From the human T2T-CHM13v2.0 reference genome, Homo sapiens, in assembly GCF_009914755.1 (NCBI RefSeq), contig NC_060925.1: a stretch of 64,000 nt of DNA; one strand, given 5' to 3'. Every line of letters starts with the position of its first letter. Positions within the stretch are counted from its first letter, which is position 1. Under the pieces are notes generated by a model. It saw nothing but the letters and a program-made list of their open reading frames with translations. It ran no database searches and had not been told where the DNA came from. Positions 1 to 12,889 of this stretch are shown here, piece after piece. A program made the translations under genes and the position numbers.

Positions 1-40
1 GCGACAGAGTGAGACTCCGTCTCAAAAAAAAAAAAAAAAA
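1..40 (+). mobile_element. Alu 3' end and poly(A), truncated by window edge
   Basis: GCGACAGAGTGAGACTCCGTCTC followed by an A tract. Confidence 0.95.
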
Positions 41-352
41 GTTGCAGAATCTAATACAGAAATTCAACACAGAAAACAGATAAAGCAGAGATGCTCCGGT
101 TGAAGTGTGTTTGGCAGAGGGGCAGGAGCTCAGCCTAGTGTCCTCCCACACCGTGGTTGGCCCTTGAAACTCATTCAAGGAACCCTAGGGTTCTATGGCA
201 CCCAGTTAAAAAAATTCTGCAGATTCTCAACATCTGCATTTGGGGAAGAACGTTTGGAAGTTTGGACTCTAGTCTTTTTGAAAACAACCAGAATTTTGGG
301 ATTCTGCTTTGTTGCCTCTCCTTCCCCGTGAGCATTTGCTAAGAAAGGACAG

Positions 353-667
353 GGCCAGGTGCGGTGGCTCATGCCTGTAATCCAGCACTTTGGGAGGCCG
401 AGGTGGGCAGATCTCCTGAGGTCAGGAGTTAGAGACTAGCCTGGTCAGCATGATGAAACTCTGTTTCTACTAAAAAAAAATACAAAAAATTTAGCTGGGG
501 TGGTGGTGCATACCTGTAGTACCAGCTGCTTGGGAAGCTGAGGCAAGGATAATTGCTCAAACCCAGGAGGCAGAGGTTGCAGTGAGCCAAGATCGCACCA
601 CTGTACTCCAGTCTGGGTGACAGAGCAGGACTCTATCTCAAAAAAAAAAAAAAAAAAAGAAAAAAAA
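353..667 (+). mobile_element. Full-length Alu (AluS-like)
   Basis: GGCCAGGTGCGGTGGCTCA start, A-rich linker, poly(A); flanked by AAGAAAGGA TSD. Confidence 0.95.
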
Positions 668-939
668 GAAAGGATGGGGAAGCTGCCGTTCAGTTTCAGA
701 AGAAAGGGTCAAGAAGAGACAAAGCGTCTGAGTGGGATGGGATGGAATCTTCTTCTGGGACCTGACTTCTCTCTAGCTGGGTAGGGTCAACATTTCCTCT
801 CGGTGAGCAGTAGGAGCCAGTCTGTGAGGGACTGCCTCCCCTCCTCTGGATCCTGGAAGGGGAAAGGACTCCTGGGTTCTCAGTCCTGTGCTGTTGGGGG
901 CAGCTGTATGTCTGCTGGCAAGGCAATTCACTGGTCTAA

Positions 940-1070
940 GCTAAGCCTGTTCACCTCTGAAACAGGCACGACGACATGACCTGGGTTGTTGTATGATTCA
1001 GTGAGCGAAAGGGCATACAGGTGACTGACCAAGTTCCTGGTTCATAAGAAGTGCTCTATAATTGTTAGTC
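940..1070 (+). mobile_element. MIR fragment
   Basis: GGGTTGTTGTATGATTCAGTGAG ... AAGTGCTCTATAATTGTTAG resembles the MIR core and 3' end. Confidence 0.6.
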
Positions 1071-1322
1071 CTTAACTTCACGTGTTCATTTTTTATTCAA
1101 CAGATGTTGATTTGAAGCCCTGGGCCCTGGGCTGGTTGCTAAGGCTACGGAGCTGGCTGGAATGATTGCTGGTTGGAAGAGGTGGGGCTGCACAGGGTTC
1201 CTGGCCCTTGCTGCTCGTACCTGTGCTAATGCCCTCCCTCCTTTGTCCTCAGCCCCTTCTTACCAGAGCAAAAAGGGATTACGGAGTCCATTGGTTTTTC
1301 AAGTCTTTTTTTTTTTTTTTTA

Positions 1323-1820
<498 letters not shown>

Positions 1821-2681
1821 TCACAGAGCTTATGTGAAATTCTGATACATGAGGAGGATCTAAACAGGCCTCAAAAAAGAAACTGGGGCTCCAGCTTTCC
1901 CTTTAACCCCTCCCTGCCACATAGTCCTAGCACGTAGTTTAAGCACTGTGGATGCAGGTCAACTTTCTCATCTGCTGAAAGAGGGAAGTGAGGAGCCTTG
2001 GTCAAGGTCATTCATTTAACCCAGTGGCAGAGCTGGCACCTAAGCCCAGGGCTCTGGACTCCCGGCTCAGGGCCACATCCTTGGCTGCATCAGGGGACAT
2101 GGAGCATCATTTTGGCTATGTGAGATGATCTCCTTGGCCCCTTTTAGTGAGATCACTTCTGAGCGCTCTTCTGTAGTGGGGCTGGGCTGGGCTGGGCTGA
2201 TCTGGGCTGATCTGGACTAGGCTGTCCTGTAAGGGAGGCTGAATAGAACCCTCCTTGAGGGGAGAAATGGCTCACTTCTTGGACTCCCAGGCAGCCCCTC
2301 GTTCAGACTTCTTTTCTTTTCTCTTTGAACTTCCCCAAGTTACAAACCACACAATTAAGGGCTCTCTAGTAAGCCATCCATCTTGTCCCATAAAGAGAGA
2401 GCTGCAAGCCTCCCGCCGGCTTCCTCCTCCTCTGGGAGGGGATCAATACCTTATCTCAGTCGGGCCTGTGTAGAGAGGAAGGAGGGAAATGAAAGCACTT
2501 AATTAAGGCGCAGAGGAGCGGAAAGGGAACACTGCGTCCTCCCTGCTCCCATATCTCCCCTCTGAAGGCAGCGGGCAGCTGCAGAGTCCATGAGACTTAA
2601 GTCTCGTCTGCTCAGGCTGCAGCCCCCGCTGCAGGAGGCCGAGGAAGAGGTGTTGAAGTTAAGAACTACAGGGGGCCCTAA

Positions 2682-3080
<399 letters not shown>

Positions 3081-4444
3081 TGAGGAGGGGTAGTAAGCAG
3101 CAAGCATCCTGCCTGAAAGTGCCCTCCGGGGCCTAAATTTCCTCCACGAGAGTGTATTCTGTCAGCTAAGGAAAGCTTTCTTGGCTTTATGTGCCTTGAT
3201 GACTATAAATGCTTACAGGAGGGAGATCCTCTTCTGTGCTGCAGAGAGAAAGCAGCTCGGTTCAGGGTCCACATTTCCCTTCCTGTTAGGCCCTGGGAAG
3301 TACTTAAAAACAGCCCTCCGTGCACTGGGAAGGTGAGTGCCCACATGGAAAAGCATCATGCACTTGAAAGACCTATTGCCAGAATTTTCTGGGCTGTTCA
3401 AAAGTCCCTCTGCCACCCGAGGTTCTTCCTTGCTATCCTGTGTGACTCTCTCCTCTGGGAACCTGGCTGTTGACACTCGGGCATCTCTTGCCTCCTTGGC
3501 TCCTGGTGCCTTCTGTCCTGACTGATGCCAGACTGTCAGCCTTCACAAGCCCTGTGGCTGCCTGGCCTAGATGTGATCCTTGCCTCTGGCTTTTCCAAAG
3601 GTGACTCTCATCACACCTCTAGCCTTTCACATCCAGCTCCAGGACAGTGGGTGGCACCTTCTTGGCCCCGTGACCCAGACAGTCCTGCCCCCAGGGGGAG
3701 TACTGATGGGGTGAGAGTCATTTCCAGAGGATCCGGAGCTTGGGTGGAGGGTCCCCAGCCAAGCAGTCCTGTTCTGCCCTTCCCTGGGAGGCCTGAGGTC
3801 CACCTGTAGCCACCACCCCTCCCTGCCTACTCCAGGGATTCAGTGGTGGAGAACTGAGGGTGTTTGAGCCACAGCTGGGGGAAAGTTGACTGTTCCCACA
3901 GGGTGGGCCCTGTTTCCTCATCACCCATGAGGGCCAGGCTTAGTGGATCTACTCAATGGGACCAAAGGGGATGTTCCCAAGGGGAGAGTCCTCAGTGTCG
4001 GTGCGCCCCTGAGAGCAAAGGTTTTTGAGATAATTTATTAATTTGATTTTTTTTTTGAGGCAGTAAAAGGGGGAATGGAAAACTGATCCCATCCCAGGGG
4101 ACGAGCCCTGTCAAGTTTTAAAATTAACGTGAGTGTGGTGTGTAGAATTGTTGTCCGCTGCTGGTCACCCACAGGTGTAACTACAGTGTAGCTCTGACCT
4201 TGACCTCTTATTCCTCCTCACCAGGGTATGGGCTGAGCCTTAGTCAGAGGTCTCAAGGCTGGTTTCCTTCCCAGTGCCCATCTCAGCCTCCCCTCCACTT
4301 GTCTCTTGGGGTGTGGGTTTCTCTCTTACATTGTTCACTCCTGCGTCCCATCTGATGTGACCAGGCTGCTTCCTGCTAAACTCATCAGGGGCCTTGCTGT
4401 CCGTCTGCCTGTTCTTGTTCTGGGTATAATCTTGTATGGGCATC

Positions 4445-5148
4445 TCCCATGTCCACCTTTCACTCCAGCCATTGCTACCACCACCAACTTCAAGCTATTG
4501 TACTTAACAGCACCTGGGGCAGCTATACCACACTTCTCTCACTTCCTGCCCCAGGGCTTCCCTGTGCAGAGTTTAAGATTCCTGTAGGGACACACTCAGC
4601 ACCCACGTATATACAAACCTGGGCGTGGGAGTCGGTGAGCCAGCTCATACCAGTTTGCAAGAGCTGATTGTTAGATATTCAGAACATTTACTAGACAGGT
4701 GCTAAACCAGCGACAGCTTGAAATGAACTATGGTGGGAGTATTTACACCCATGGCAATTGGCAAATAATACAAATCAGTCTCCCCTTCACCCCAAGAGCC
4801 GATTTACCAGCACACTACTGGACGGCATGACCACTCATCCTCTGGGGCCACCCTTCACCAATGGGTAGTGGATAAATACTCTCCCCTTTCATTCTTCAGA
4901 TGGATAATTCTGAGGTGTGTTCTACACAGCACAGAAGGGTCTCAGAAGGCCCCCGCAAAATTGAGCTCCAGTTTCCCACAGCAATGGCTGGTCAGATAGT
5001 GACCTTTGTCTTGAATTTTCGTATTTCTCTGTTTTATTCTCTTCAGCCTCCCACTCCTGTTTCCTGGCATACTTTCCAAAATAAATGAATGGGATGCAAA
5101 CCTTTGTTTCAGACTTTAGTTTTGTGGGTAGGGGCACAAGCTAAGACT
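4445..5148 (+). mobile_element. Old ERVL LTR (LTR16-like) interrupted by MER63
   Basis: TTCCTGCCCCAGGGC, CTCCAGTTTCCCACAG, AATAAA and terminal AAGCTAAGAC resemble the LTR16 family; 5' boundary uncertain. Confidence 0.55.
4637..4820 (+). mobile_element. MER63A-like hAT MITE
   Basis: GAGCCAGCTCATACCAG..GAGCTGATTGTTA, ATGGTGGGAGTATTTACACC, terminal ATTTACCAGCACACTACTG. Confidence 0.8.
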
Positions 5149-6748
5149 ATTTCTTTAAGTACAGACTATATTTGCCTACCTGATGTGCCATCTCTCTGCT
5201 TTTATTCCCTTGGTTTTTATTTCTGTATCTAGCTGTGATTGTACAGAGTCCTCCCAAAGCAATGACTCCTGCATTGCCTTGGAACACCTTCTGTAGAAGT
5301 GGAAAGGATTTTAAAATATTCTGTCAATTTAGGCAGCAAAAAGAACATCTTCTGGCTGGGGTACTCTCTGCAAGTCTCTTGCCTGTTATTCTAGCAACTT
5401 TCCTCTATGATTGATTTCAGTTTCCATTTGCAAGTATAACCACTACCTGTGTCTTCTCCTTGTGATCGATTTTCTCTATAGTATTCCCCCATCACAGCTA
5501 CCCAGGAACCTTAAAGCTGAAGGTACCATCTTAAGTAATTTGGCCAGCCTTCCCCTAAACAGATTTTACATGTCATCATCTTGTTTCCAGTTTCTAACCC
5601 AAATCATTGGTCCTGATTGACCTCAAACTGATATGTTGCTGATTGTTGAATGTTCTGACCTGTGACTCAGTTTCTCATTGTTAGCAGAATTCCATGGGTT
5701 GCACTTAATGGAGCAGATTGGGTGAAGGTTGGAGAGCTTTCTAATGAACTGGGTCATGAACAGTAGCTGTGGTGGTCCTTGTGCTTTTCTCCTTGAGATG
5801 GTCATGCCCCATGAAAATTAGATTGGGCCAGAGTGGAAGGGGGCTGGGTATTCTTCCCCTACTTGTCCCTCTACTAGGGCCAGGTCCATTTGACCCACAC
5901 AGTTCCATGAGTTATCTGCCCCATGTCATCAGTCCTTGATGGGGGATGGAAGGAAGGATGAATAAAGAAGAGGTCATGGTCACCAAGACCCGGAGGGAAG
6001 ACACAGGGAGGAGAGAGAAATGGTTATGGTCGGTAGAACAACCTTCCATCCAGGAGCAGGCTGACTGAGAAGATCCCACTGGGCCATCCAGGGGATTGGT
6101 ACCGTCAGGAACCTCCCAGATGCTCCACATCAGGTGCTCCTAGGAGTTCTCTCAATTCTGTCTTATGCCTCAGATGTGGCCTTGAGTTTGTACATCTTTC
6201 ATATTCCATCTGCTGAACTAAGGAGAGGATGGCAATGTATGGAGCTAGCCTCTCTTCTCTCCCTCTCAGGAACCTTCAGCCCATGGAAACTGGCAAATTT
6301 GCAGACTGGTACATTTTTTAAGAACCTGCTGGGAGACCCTAACAGGAGAAGCAGAGACCAATGTTCTGAGACTAGTGTTTGTGGCTTCTCTTCGTAAAGA
6401 GAAGGCAGGCTATTCTCTACCTCCTGATTCCCTGACTTTTGAGTCCCTAGAACTCAGGCCATATGACAGAGACCAGTTGGGTGCTCCAAATACCCACATG
6501 CTACTGCTTATTCTCAGCCTTCCTTGCAGTTAGGTTGGGGCCATGTGACTGGTTCTAGCTGATGAGATGAGTGCAGAACTGATGTAAGTTTCCTCCAGGA
6601 TGGCTTTTGAAAACATCTCATGAAAGTATCCAGTCCTCTTTTCCCTTTCTGTGGCAAAAATGAAGGCCACACCTTGAGGATGGCAGTGCTACATGACAGA
6701 GAAGCTTGGATCCCTGAGTCGCCACTGGAGGAAAGCCACTCGACCCAC

Positions 6749-7331
6749 TGGGTTAGGCAGAATTTTGGCCCCAGTGATCTTTTCTCTTGATTTTATATAA
6801 TATGTTATGTTCCATGGCAAAGAGGACTTTGCATGTGTAATCAAGATTATTAATCAGATGACTTTAGACAGGGAGATTATCCTAGATTATCTGGGTAACC
6901 TCAGTGTAATCAGATGAGTCCTTAAAAGAGGAAGAGGGAGGCCCAAGAGGAAGTCAGAGAGATTTGAAGTGTGAGAAGGATATGACACCCCATTGCTGAA
7001 TTTGGAGATGGAAGAGGCCATGAACCAAGTAATATAGACAGCCTCTAGAAGCTGAACCTGACTCCTAAGTGACAACCAGCAAGGAAATGGGGGCTTTAAC
7101 CCTATAATCTGCCAACAACCTGAATGAGCTTGAAACTGACTTCCCAGAAACTTCTGATACAAGCCCTGTTGGCTGACACCTTGATTTTGGCCTTGTGATA
7201 CTCTTAAGTAGAGGAACCAGTCAAACCCCAGCCTGGACTTTTCACCTATTATGAGATAATACATGAATATTGTTTTAAAAGCCACTAATTTTTGTGGTAA
7301 TTTGTTATGGCAGAAAGAGAATACTAATACA
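6749..7331 (+). mobile_element. MLT1D-like MaLR solo LTR with perfect 5-bp TSD
   Basis: TG...CA termini, GGGAGATTATCC, GGTAATTTGTTATGGCAG..CTAATACA; CCCAC at 6744-6748 and 7332-7336. Confidence 0.88.
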
Positions 7332-7369
7332 CCCACCTAGGACTTTGTGTGCATAAGAAAAAATCTTTT

Positions 7370-7665
7370 GGCTGGGCATGGTGGCTCATACCTGTAATCC
7401 CAGCACTTTAAGAGGCCAAGACAGGAGGATCACCCGAAGCTGGGAGTTTAAGACCAGACTGGTCTCTCTTTAATGAGACCTGGACTCTAAAAAAATTAGC
7501 TGGGTGTGGTGGTGCATGCCTGTAGTCCTAGCTACTATGGAGGTTGAGATAGGAGGATCACTTGAACCCTGGAGTTTGAGTCTGCAGTGAACTATGATCA
7601 TGTCACTGCACTTCAGCCTGGGTGACAGAACAAGACTCTGTCTCTTAAAAAAAAAAGAAAAAAGA
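7370..7665 (+). mobile_element. AluJ-like element
   Basis: GGCTGGGCATGGTGGCTCA start, GGAGGATCACTTGAACCC, A-rich tail. Confidence 0.92.
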
Positions 7666-8329
7666 AGTCTTTTAAGCCAGAGAGATATCATAGCTTGCTT
7701 CTTGAAGTAGCTAATGAAGCTTCCTCTGACTAACACAGGCCCTGTGGCTACCAGGGTGCAGGGACCTCCATCCTGGAGGCAGAATGGATAAGAAACTGGG
7801 TTCTAAGGCATCTGAATGCCTGTTCAGGCCTCCTGGGAGTTTCAACAGAGAAAGTTCTCAATCAGCAGTGAGGCTGAGGTCTCATGAGCCCTGGGGAGCA
7901 GGAATATGGCCCAAGAAGAGAAGTCTAGAGGAGAGAAAGGTGATTGTCCAAGATTAACAGCAAGATATTGGCAGAGCTGGGGCTAGAACCCAGGCCTCCT
8001 GACCCTAAACCTGGGCTGTTTGCTCAGGCTGGGTGTAAATGAGCTTTTGCATGTGCAGGTTTGCTGGCTCCATGAGTGCCTGCCCTGCTGGATTCCTCTT
8101 CTCCAGCTCCTGGCTCTCCAGGGTTAATGCTCCGCTCAGAGGCTGAGAAGTGCAGCCTCTCTACTTTGGTAATTGAAATCAATTTCTCAGCCTTATCTTT
8201 AGGAAACCTATATAGTCTAGACTGCAATCTGAAAGCTTGGGCTCAGGCAACTTTTAAATGAAAACCCCTCTGCGAGGGGGGAGAGGGAGAAAAGAACAAG
8301 TGGCTCACCTTGCTCCGCAATTTCTTGAG

Positions 8330-8710
8330 AAGCAGATGAGTGTGTAAGTGATGTCTCTCTTTTTCTCGGGGTATTTGGCTTTGGAGTATGTGAGAATGTG
8401 TTTAAAGATGTGTGAACTTAGATGTATGTGAGTACGTGAGTGTGTGATGGCGTGAAGTGTGTTGGTGTGCATGTGTGGGGATGGGGGATGCGGAGGTCGA
8501 TTTAGGTGTGTGTATGCATGTGTGTGCGTGTGTGTGCATGCATGACTGGATACAAGTGTGATGGCGATGGCCTTCTTTTTGTTTTTGTTTTTGCCTCTGA
8601 GATTGAGAACATAGGGATGAGGGAGGTGGATGAGAGTGTGTTCATGAGCATAAATGTGTGTGTGCAGGTGCCCAGAGTAAATTCATAGGCTTGTAAATAT
8701 GTGTGAGATC
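8330..8710. repeat. (TG)-rich low-complexity tract
   Basis: Degenerate GTGT/ATGT runs. Confidence 0.6.
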
Positions 8711-9814
8711 AGAGGATTTATGAGTATTTATGTTTCTTATTTCAGAGGGCATTTCCCAATGGGGCCTTACTTCCGAATTCTCCCTGGCAAGGAATAGTCT
8801 CTTTTAATGCCTTGAGTGGCCTTCTGGAGCAGCCTCTTACCCCTTAAGCCTTCATCCTACCCCTCTAGCTTTCCCCTGTGCCCATGGAGGAGAGATCCTG
8901 CATTTGCTTGCCCTGGATAGGTTTCTCCAGAGTCTCCCCAACCACCTCCCTGAAGCCTCCCCTGCCTCCCTCGGGATGGCTTCTCTCAAAGGGTTGATGT
9001 GCCAATGGACACGGAGCCTTCTTTGGTTGATCCACTGGCCCAGCCATCCTCAGCACTCTGCATGGGTCCCTAGGAAGGCTGGAAGCAAGGTTAGGAGGAT
9101 TTTACAGCCTCTCCTTGCAGCCTCTAGGTGAGGCCTCCGAGGTATCAACCCAGTGGGTGGATGCTCCTTTGTCAGAGCTGTGGTTCTAAACACAGAGGCC
9201 CATGCAGGTGAAGGCAGCTCCCCCTGTCCCCACCCCCACCACAGCAAAGGATCCTCCGCCCTCTCCGAAGCCCCATGGATTTCTCATTTGAAGTCAATCA
9301 GCCTTGAAATCCCTCCCAGTGCCTGCAGAGTAATTATGGGGCTGGTAATCAATGCCAGACACTTGGCTGCCCAGGGTGGGAGTGGCATAGGTATGGTTTT
9401 TCCTGGGCTCCAGGAAAAACTGGAAGTGGTAGTGACAGCCGGGATCAGGAGGGCCTGGCCCAGGAATGGATTTGCCCCATTTGGGGTTCCTGCCTCCCAC
9501 TTAGATAGGGGAGATTTTGGGAGGTTGGCATTTAAGCAACTACCTCTCTGAAAGGTGTAAAGGCAGAGGGTGGCTGTGGCATCAGAAAGGATGAGCATTT
9601 TGTTAGCTTGAGGATAAGGAAGAAGCCTGAGGGGTCTGTATGGAAGTGTGGGGGATGCAGGTGAATGCAGCACAGGAGTGGGCAAACTCATCTTGGGTTG
9701 GTGACAAACGAGCGTCAGCCTAGGAAGTATCTGAAATGGGCCCCTCTCACCTTTCTCACTTAGTTCAGGTCCCATTTTAAGATATCCAGACACTAAGTGC
9801 TCTGGTAAGTGACA

Positions 9815-10105
9815 AGGATGGTGGTGGTGCTAGGGGTGGTGAAGGTAGTGATGGATTGAGTGACAGTGGGATGAGGAGGTGAATGGTGGTGTTGGGGATT
9901 ACGCTGCCATCAGAGGTGACTCGAGGAAAAGGTGGTAGTGATGATTATGGGGAGTTACAGGTGATGGTGTTGATGTTTTGGGAGTAGTGAAGGTGATGGG
10001 GATTGTGACTAAAGGGACAGTTTTGTTGGTAGTGATGGTGGCAGTGGCGCGGATGTGAGAGGTGATGTTGGTGGTAGTAACTATAGTGTGATGGTTACCA
10101 CCCAT
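9815..10105. repeat. Degenerate (TGG/TGA)n tract
   Basis: GGTGGTGGTG, GTGATGGTG repeats. Confidence 0.75.
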
Positions 10106-10258
10106 GGGGGATGGGCAAGGCGGAGCCAGTTTGAAGCCTATGAGTTGTCCATGGTGGGAGGAGACATTTTAAGGTACGACTGGCTAAAGCTAGGAAGAGG
10201 GTCACCAGTTCAGCAGTCCAGGGGTGTTGAAGGCCCCTTTGGGGCATGCAAGTCTGTG

Positions 10259-10467
10259 AAGGCAAATCTTGGATCCCAGGGAAACAGCTGAGACAGAATC
10301 AGGATCCCAAGCAGGGAGCTGAGCAGGCAACAGGGAATCCAAGGATCAATTATATAAGAAGGCAAAGCTTGGATCCCTGCTGTTGGTGGGAAACAGCTCA
10401 GATGGAATCAAGATCCCAAGCAGGGAGCTGAGCAGGCAACAGGGATTCCAAGTACCAATTGTAAAAG
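10259..10467. repeat. ~100-bp tandem duplication (2 copies)
   Basis: Units start at 10259 and 10359; identical 34-nt core GATCCCAAGCAGGGAGCTGAGCAGGCAACAGGGA. Confidence 0.9.
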
Positions 10468-10548
10468 AGATTGGAAACCAGACTCCTTCACCATATCCAA
10501 GGGTCAGGGAGATGCTCTGGTTGGGCTTTGGGAATTAGAGAAATACAG

Positions 10549-10569
10549 ATTAGCACCATGGACAGAGAA
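10549..10569 (+). promoter_or_regulatory. Candidate REST/RE1 (NRSE) site
   Basis: ATTAGCACCATGGACAGAGAA vs consensus TTCAGCACCACGGACAGCGCC; both half-site cores with canonical spacing. Confidence 0.5.
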
Positions 10570-10867
10570 CAATGATGATGGATAGGGACCCATCAAACCC
10601 ATGGCTTTATTACAATCTATCTGTGTGGTTTGGCTTAAAGCAGAATGTAGAATGGAGAAATCCCGCCCCGTGGAGACAAACTCAAGGTTCCCCAAAATAA
10701 TAGATAAGTGCGTGGGAGGGTGGGTGTAGGGGGAGGGAGTCTACAGATCCTAACAGCATTGTACCTGGCCTTAAATACACTGGAAAGAAGGGGAGCCTTG
10801 AACCCAGATGGAGAGCCCAAGCAGTAGATGAGAGGACACTCAAAGTGAGATGACTGGGAAAGTAGAA

Positions 10868-11063
10868 CAAGCATTGGCTTGGTAACCAGACAGACCAGGG
10901 TGTGAATACAGATTCTTATTAGCTGTATAATCTTGGGCAAGTTACTTAGCCTGAGATTTTGTTTTCTCCTTTATAGACTGGAAATAATAATACCTATCTT
11001 GAAAGGATGTTGAGAGGATTAAATACGCTGATGTGTGTCAAGGCAAAAAATAGGTGCTCAGTA
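10868..11063 (+). mobile_element. MIR
   Basis: CTTGGGCAAGTTACTTAGCCT, AATAATAATACCTA, GAGGATTAAAT. Confidence 0.85.
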
Positions 11064-11569
11064 GAGGTGGCATCCTCAATTCCTTCAAGGTCACCTTCCT
11101 TCACAAATGTCCTCAAGCCTATCCAGGAGTGGAAAAGTGGATCTGCTGTGAGATCTGGAATGCAGAGAGATAGGCAGGAGCCAAGGGACAGACTCATATT
11201 GTCTCCAGGAAGAGCTGACAAGAAGAGCTCCAAGTCAGCAAAGTTGAGGGGCCCATCCTTGCAGCCATGGTCAAGATGCCAACCTGAGGATGGGGAGGAA
11301 AATGTCCCCTGTTCCTCTGGGGCTTAGCAGCCTCAGCCCTGGTGTTCTGGGCTTTAGCAGCCTTTTGCACTCTTAGGTGTCAAAGTCAGATCAGTGACTG
11401 AGGACCCGGGTGCCTGACTGAGTCTTTCTTGTTCAAAAAGACTCAGAACCTTGTGTCCTGGGGCAGGCTGAGGGTGCTGCATAACCCCTAAATGACAGCA
11501 CCTGCTCCTGCCAAGTAGGTAGCTGTGGGCTTACATCTGGGTTTCCCTTTTGTAGCATTGCCCTGTGAC

Positions 11570-12340
11570 AAAGGGCTCAGGTTGTGAAAGTGACAGGCCA
11601 GGGTTCAAGTCCTAGAGCTGTCTCTTTCTACTTGTTTGACCTTGGGTAATGTCCTTAATGTTGATAAGACTCAGTGTCCTTTCTTGTAAAATGGGGGTGG
11701 TGTTACCAATTCTCAAAGTGGCTATGAGAATTGAGTGTGGCAGACACTCATCCAAGTGGCCGCCATAATCCCTGCCTTTTGGTGTTCATGCCCTCACTGT
11801 AATCCCCACTCTCGAGCATGAGCTGGATCTATGACTTGCTTCTAACCTAGAGAATATGTGAAATGGATAGGCCATCACTTCCGTGATTGTATTTAACATC
11901 ACAAGGCGGTAATGCCATCTTGCCCTGAGACTCTTTCCTTTGTTAGCTTTGACAAAGCAAGTGTCTGTGTTGGGAGGCCCATGTGGCAAAGAGCTGAGGG
12001 CAGCTTCTAGCCACCAGCCAGCAAGAAATCAAAGCCCTCAGTCCTGCAACCTCAGGGAATTGGATTCAACCAACAAATATGTGAGGCTGGGAGTAGATCC
12101 GTCCCCAGTCAGCCTCCAGGTGAGAGCCCAGTCCTGGCTGGCATCTTTACTGCAGCCTTGTGACACTTCTGGTCCACAGACCCCATGAGAGAATAAATGT
12201 GTGTTGTTTTAAGCTGCTGAGTTTGTAGTGATATGGTTACACAGCAATAGATGAATATAGTGAGGAACAGTCTGTAAAGCACTGAGTCCAGTGCTGGCAT
12301 GTGGAGGTGCTCTGTAAGGAGTTGTGTTATTACTGTTGTA
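11570..12340 (+). mobile_element. MIR split by an MLT1 LTR
   Basis: GGGTTCAAGTCC..GACCTTGGG..TGTAAAATGGGG before 11735; TGTAAAGCACT..GTGCTC after 12260. Confidence 0.7.
11736..12259 (+). mobile_element. MLT1E/F-like MaLR LTR
   Basis: TGTGGCAGAC start, GGCCCATGTGGCAAAGAGCTGAGG, AATAAATGTGTGTTGTTTTAAGC; imperfect TSD TTGAG/GTGAG. Confidence 0.85.
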
Positions 12341-12482
12341 TTGTTAGTCTGCTGATTACTTGCCTAATGCTGTGTGGGGCCTGGCTTTGCCCTGCCCCGG
12401 TCCCTAGTGGGGCCAGGTTCCATGGCTCTGACTAGCCCTGCTGGTTCTCATACCCTGGTACAGAAAGAAAGATTCTATGACT

Positions 12483-12485
<3 letters not shown>

Positions 12486-12531
<46 letters not shown>
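12486..12531. repeat. (AC)23 microsatellite
   Basis: Uninterrupted AC repeat. Confidence 0.97.
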
Positions 12532-12533
<2 letters not shown>

Positions 12534-12889
12534 CAGAGCCTTAGGCCTTGGTCTCCCAAGGATTGATATCCCAGCCCAGTCCACATGATTCTGAATTGCA
12601 CCAGCTGGCTGCATGGACCTAGAGATTGCTGGAGTTTTGAAAGCAGCATCGGTGCACTTTGGAGCAACATTCTCCTTAACCATAAATGAGAAAATCACTC
12701 ACTGTATGTCTCTTCTCTTAGAGGAGTCGGAAGGAGGGAGGATGAGTGGTTGAAGATGGGCAAGTACAGGTGGGAATGTGTGTGGGAGAAGGAGTTTCTG
12801 TAGCAACTCGGGTGGCCCAAGGACCCATTACACAGGAGAGGGAGGCAGAGATGGGGCAGGCACAGGGGTTTCTTACCACGAACCAAAGC

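Larger units (their letters stand above)
6470..7737 (+). mobile_element. Older MLT1 LTR (MLT1I/J-like) split by an MLT1D and an Alu
   Basis: CCTTGCAGTTAGG..GGCCATGTGACT, GGATCCCTGAGTC; resumes GGACTTTGTGTG at 7340 and TTAAGCCA..CTGACTAACACA after the Alu. Confidence 0.7.

Noticed and set aside
2178-2226. (GGGCT)n run resembling immunoglobulin switch repeats or a G-quadruplex
   Set aside because: Under 50 bp; a common simple repeat with no supporting context.
5883-5895. Third copy of GGTCCATTTGACC
   Set aside because: Only 13 nt and 38 kb away, with dissimilar flanks; compatible with chance.
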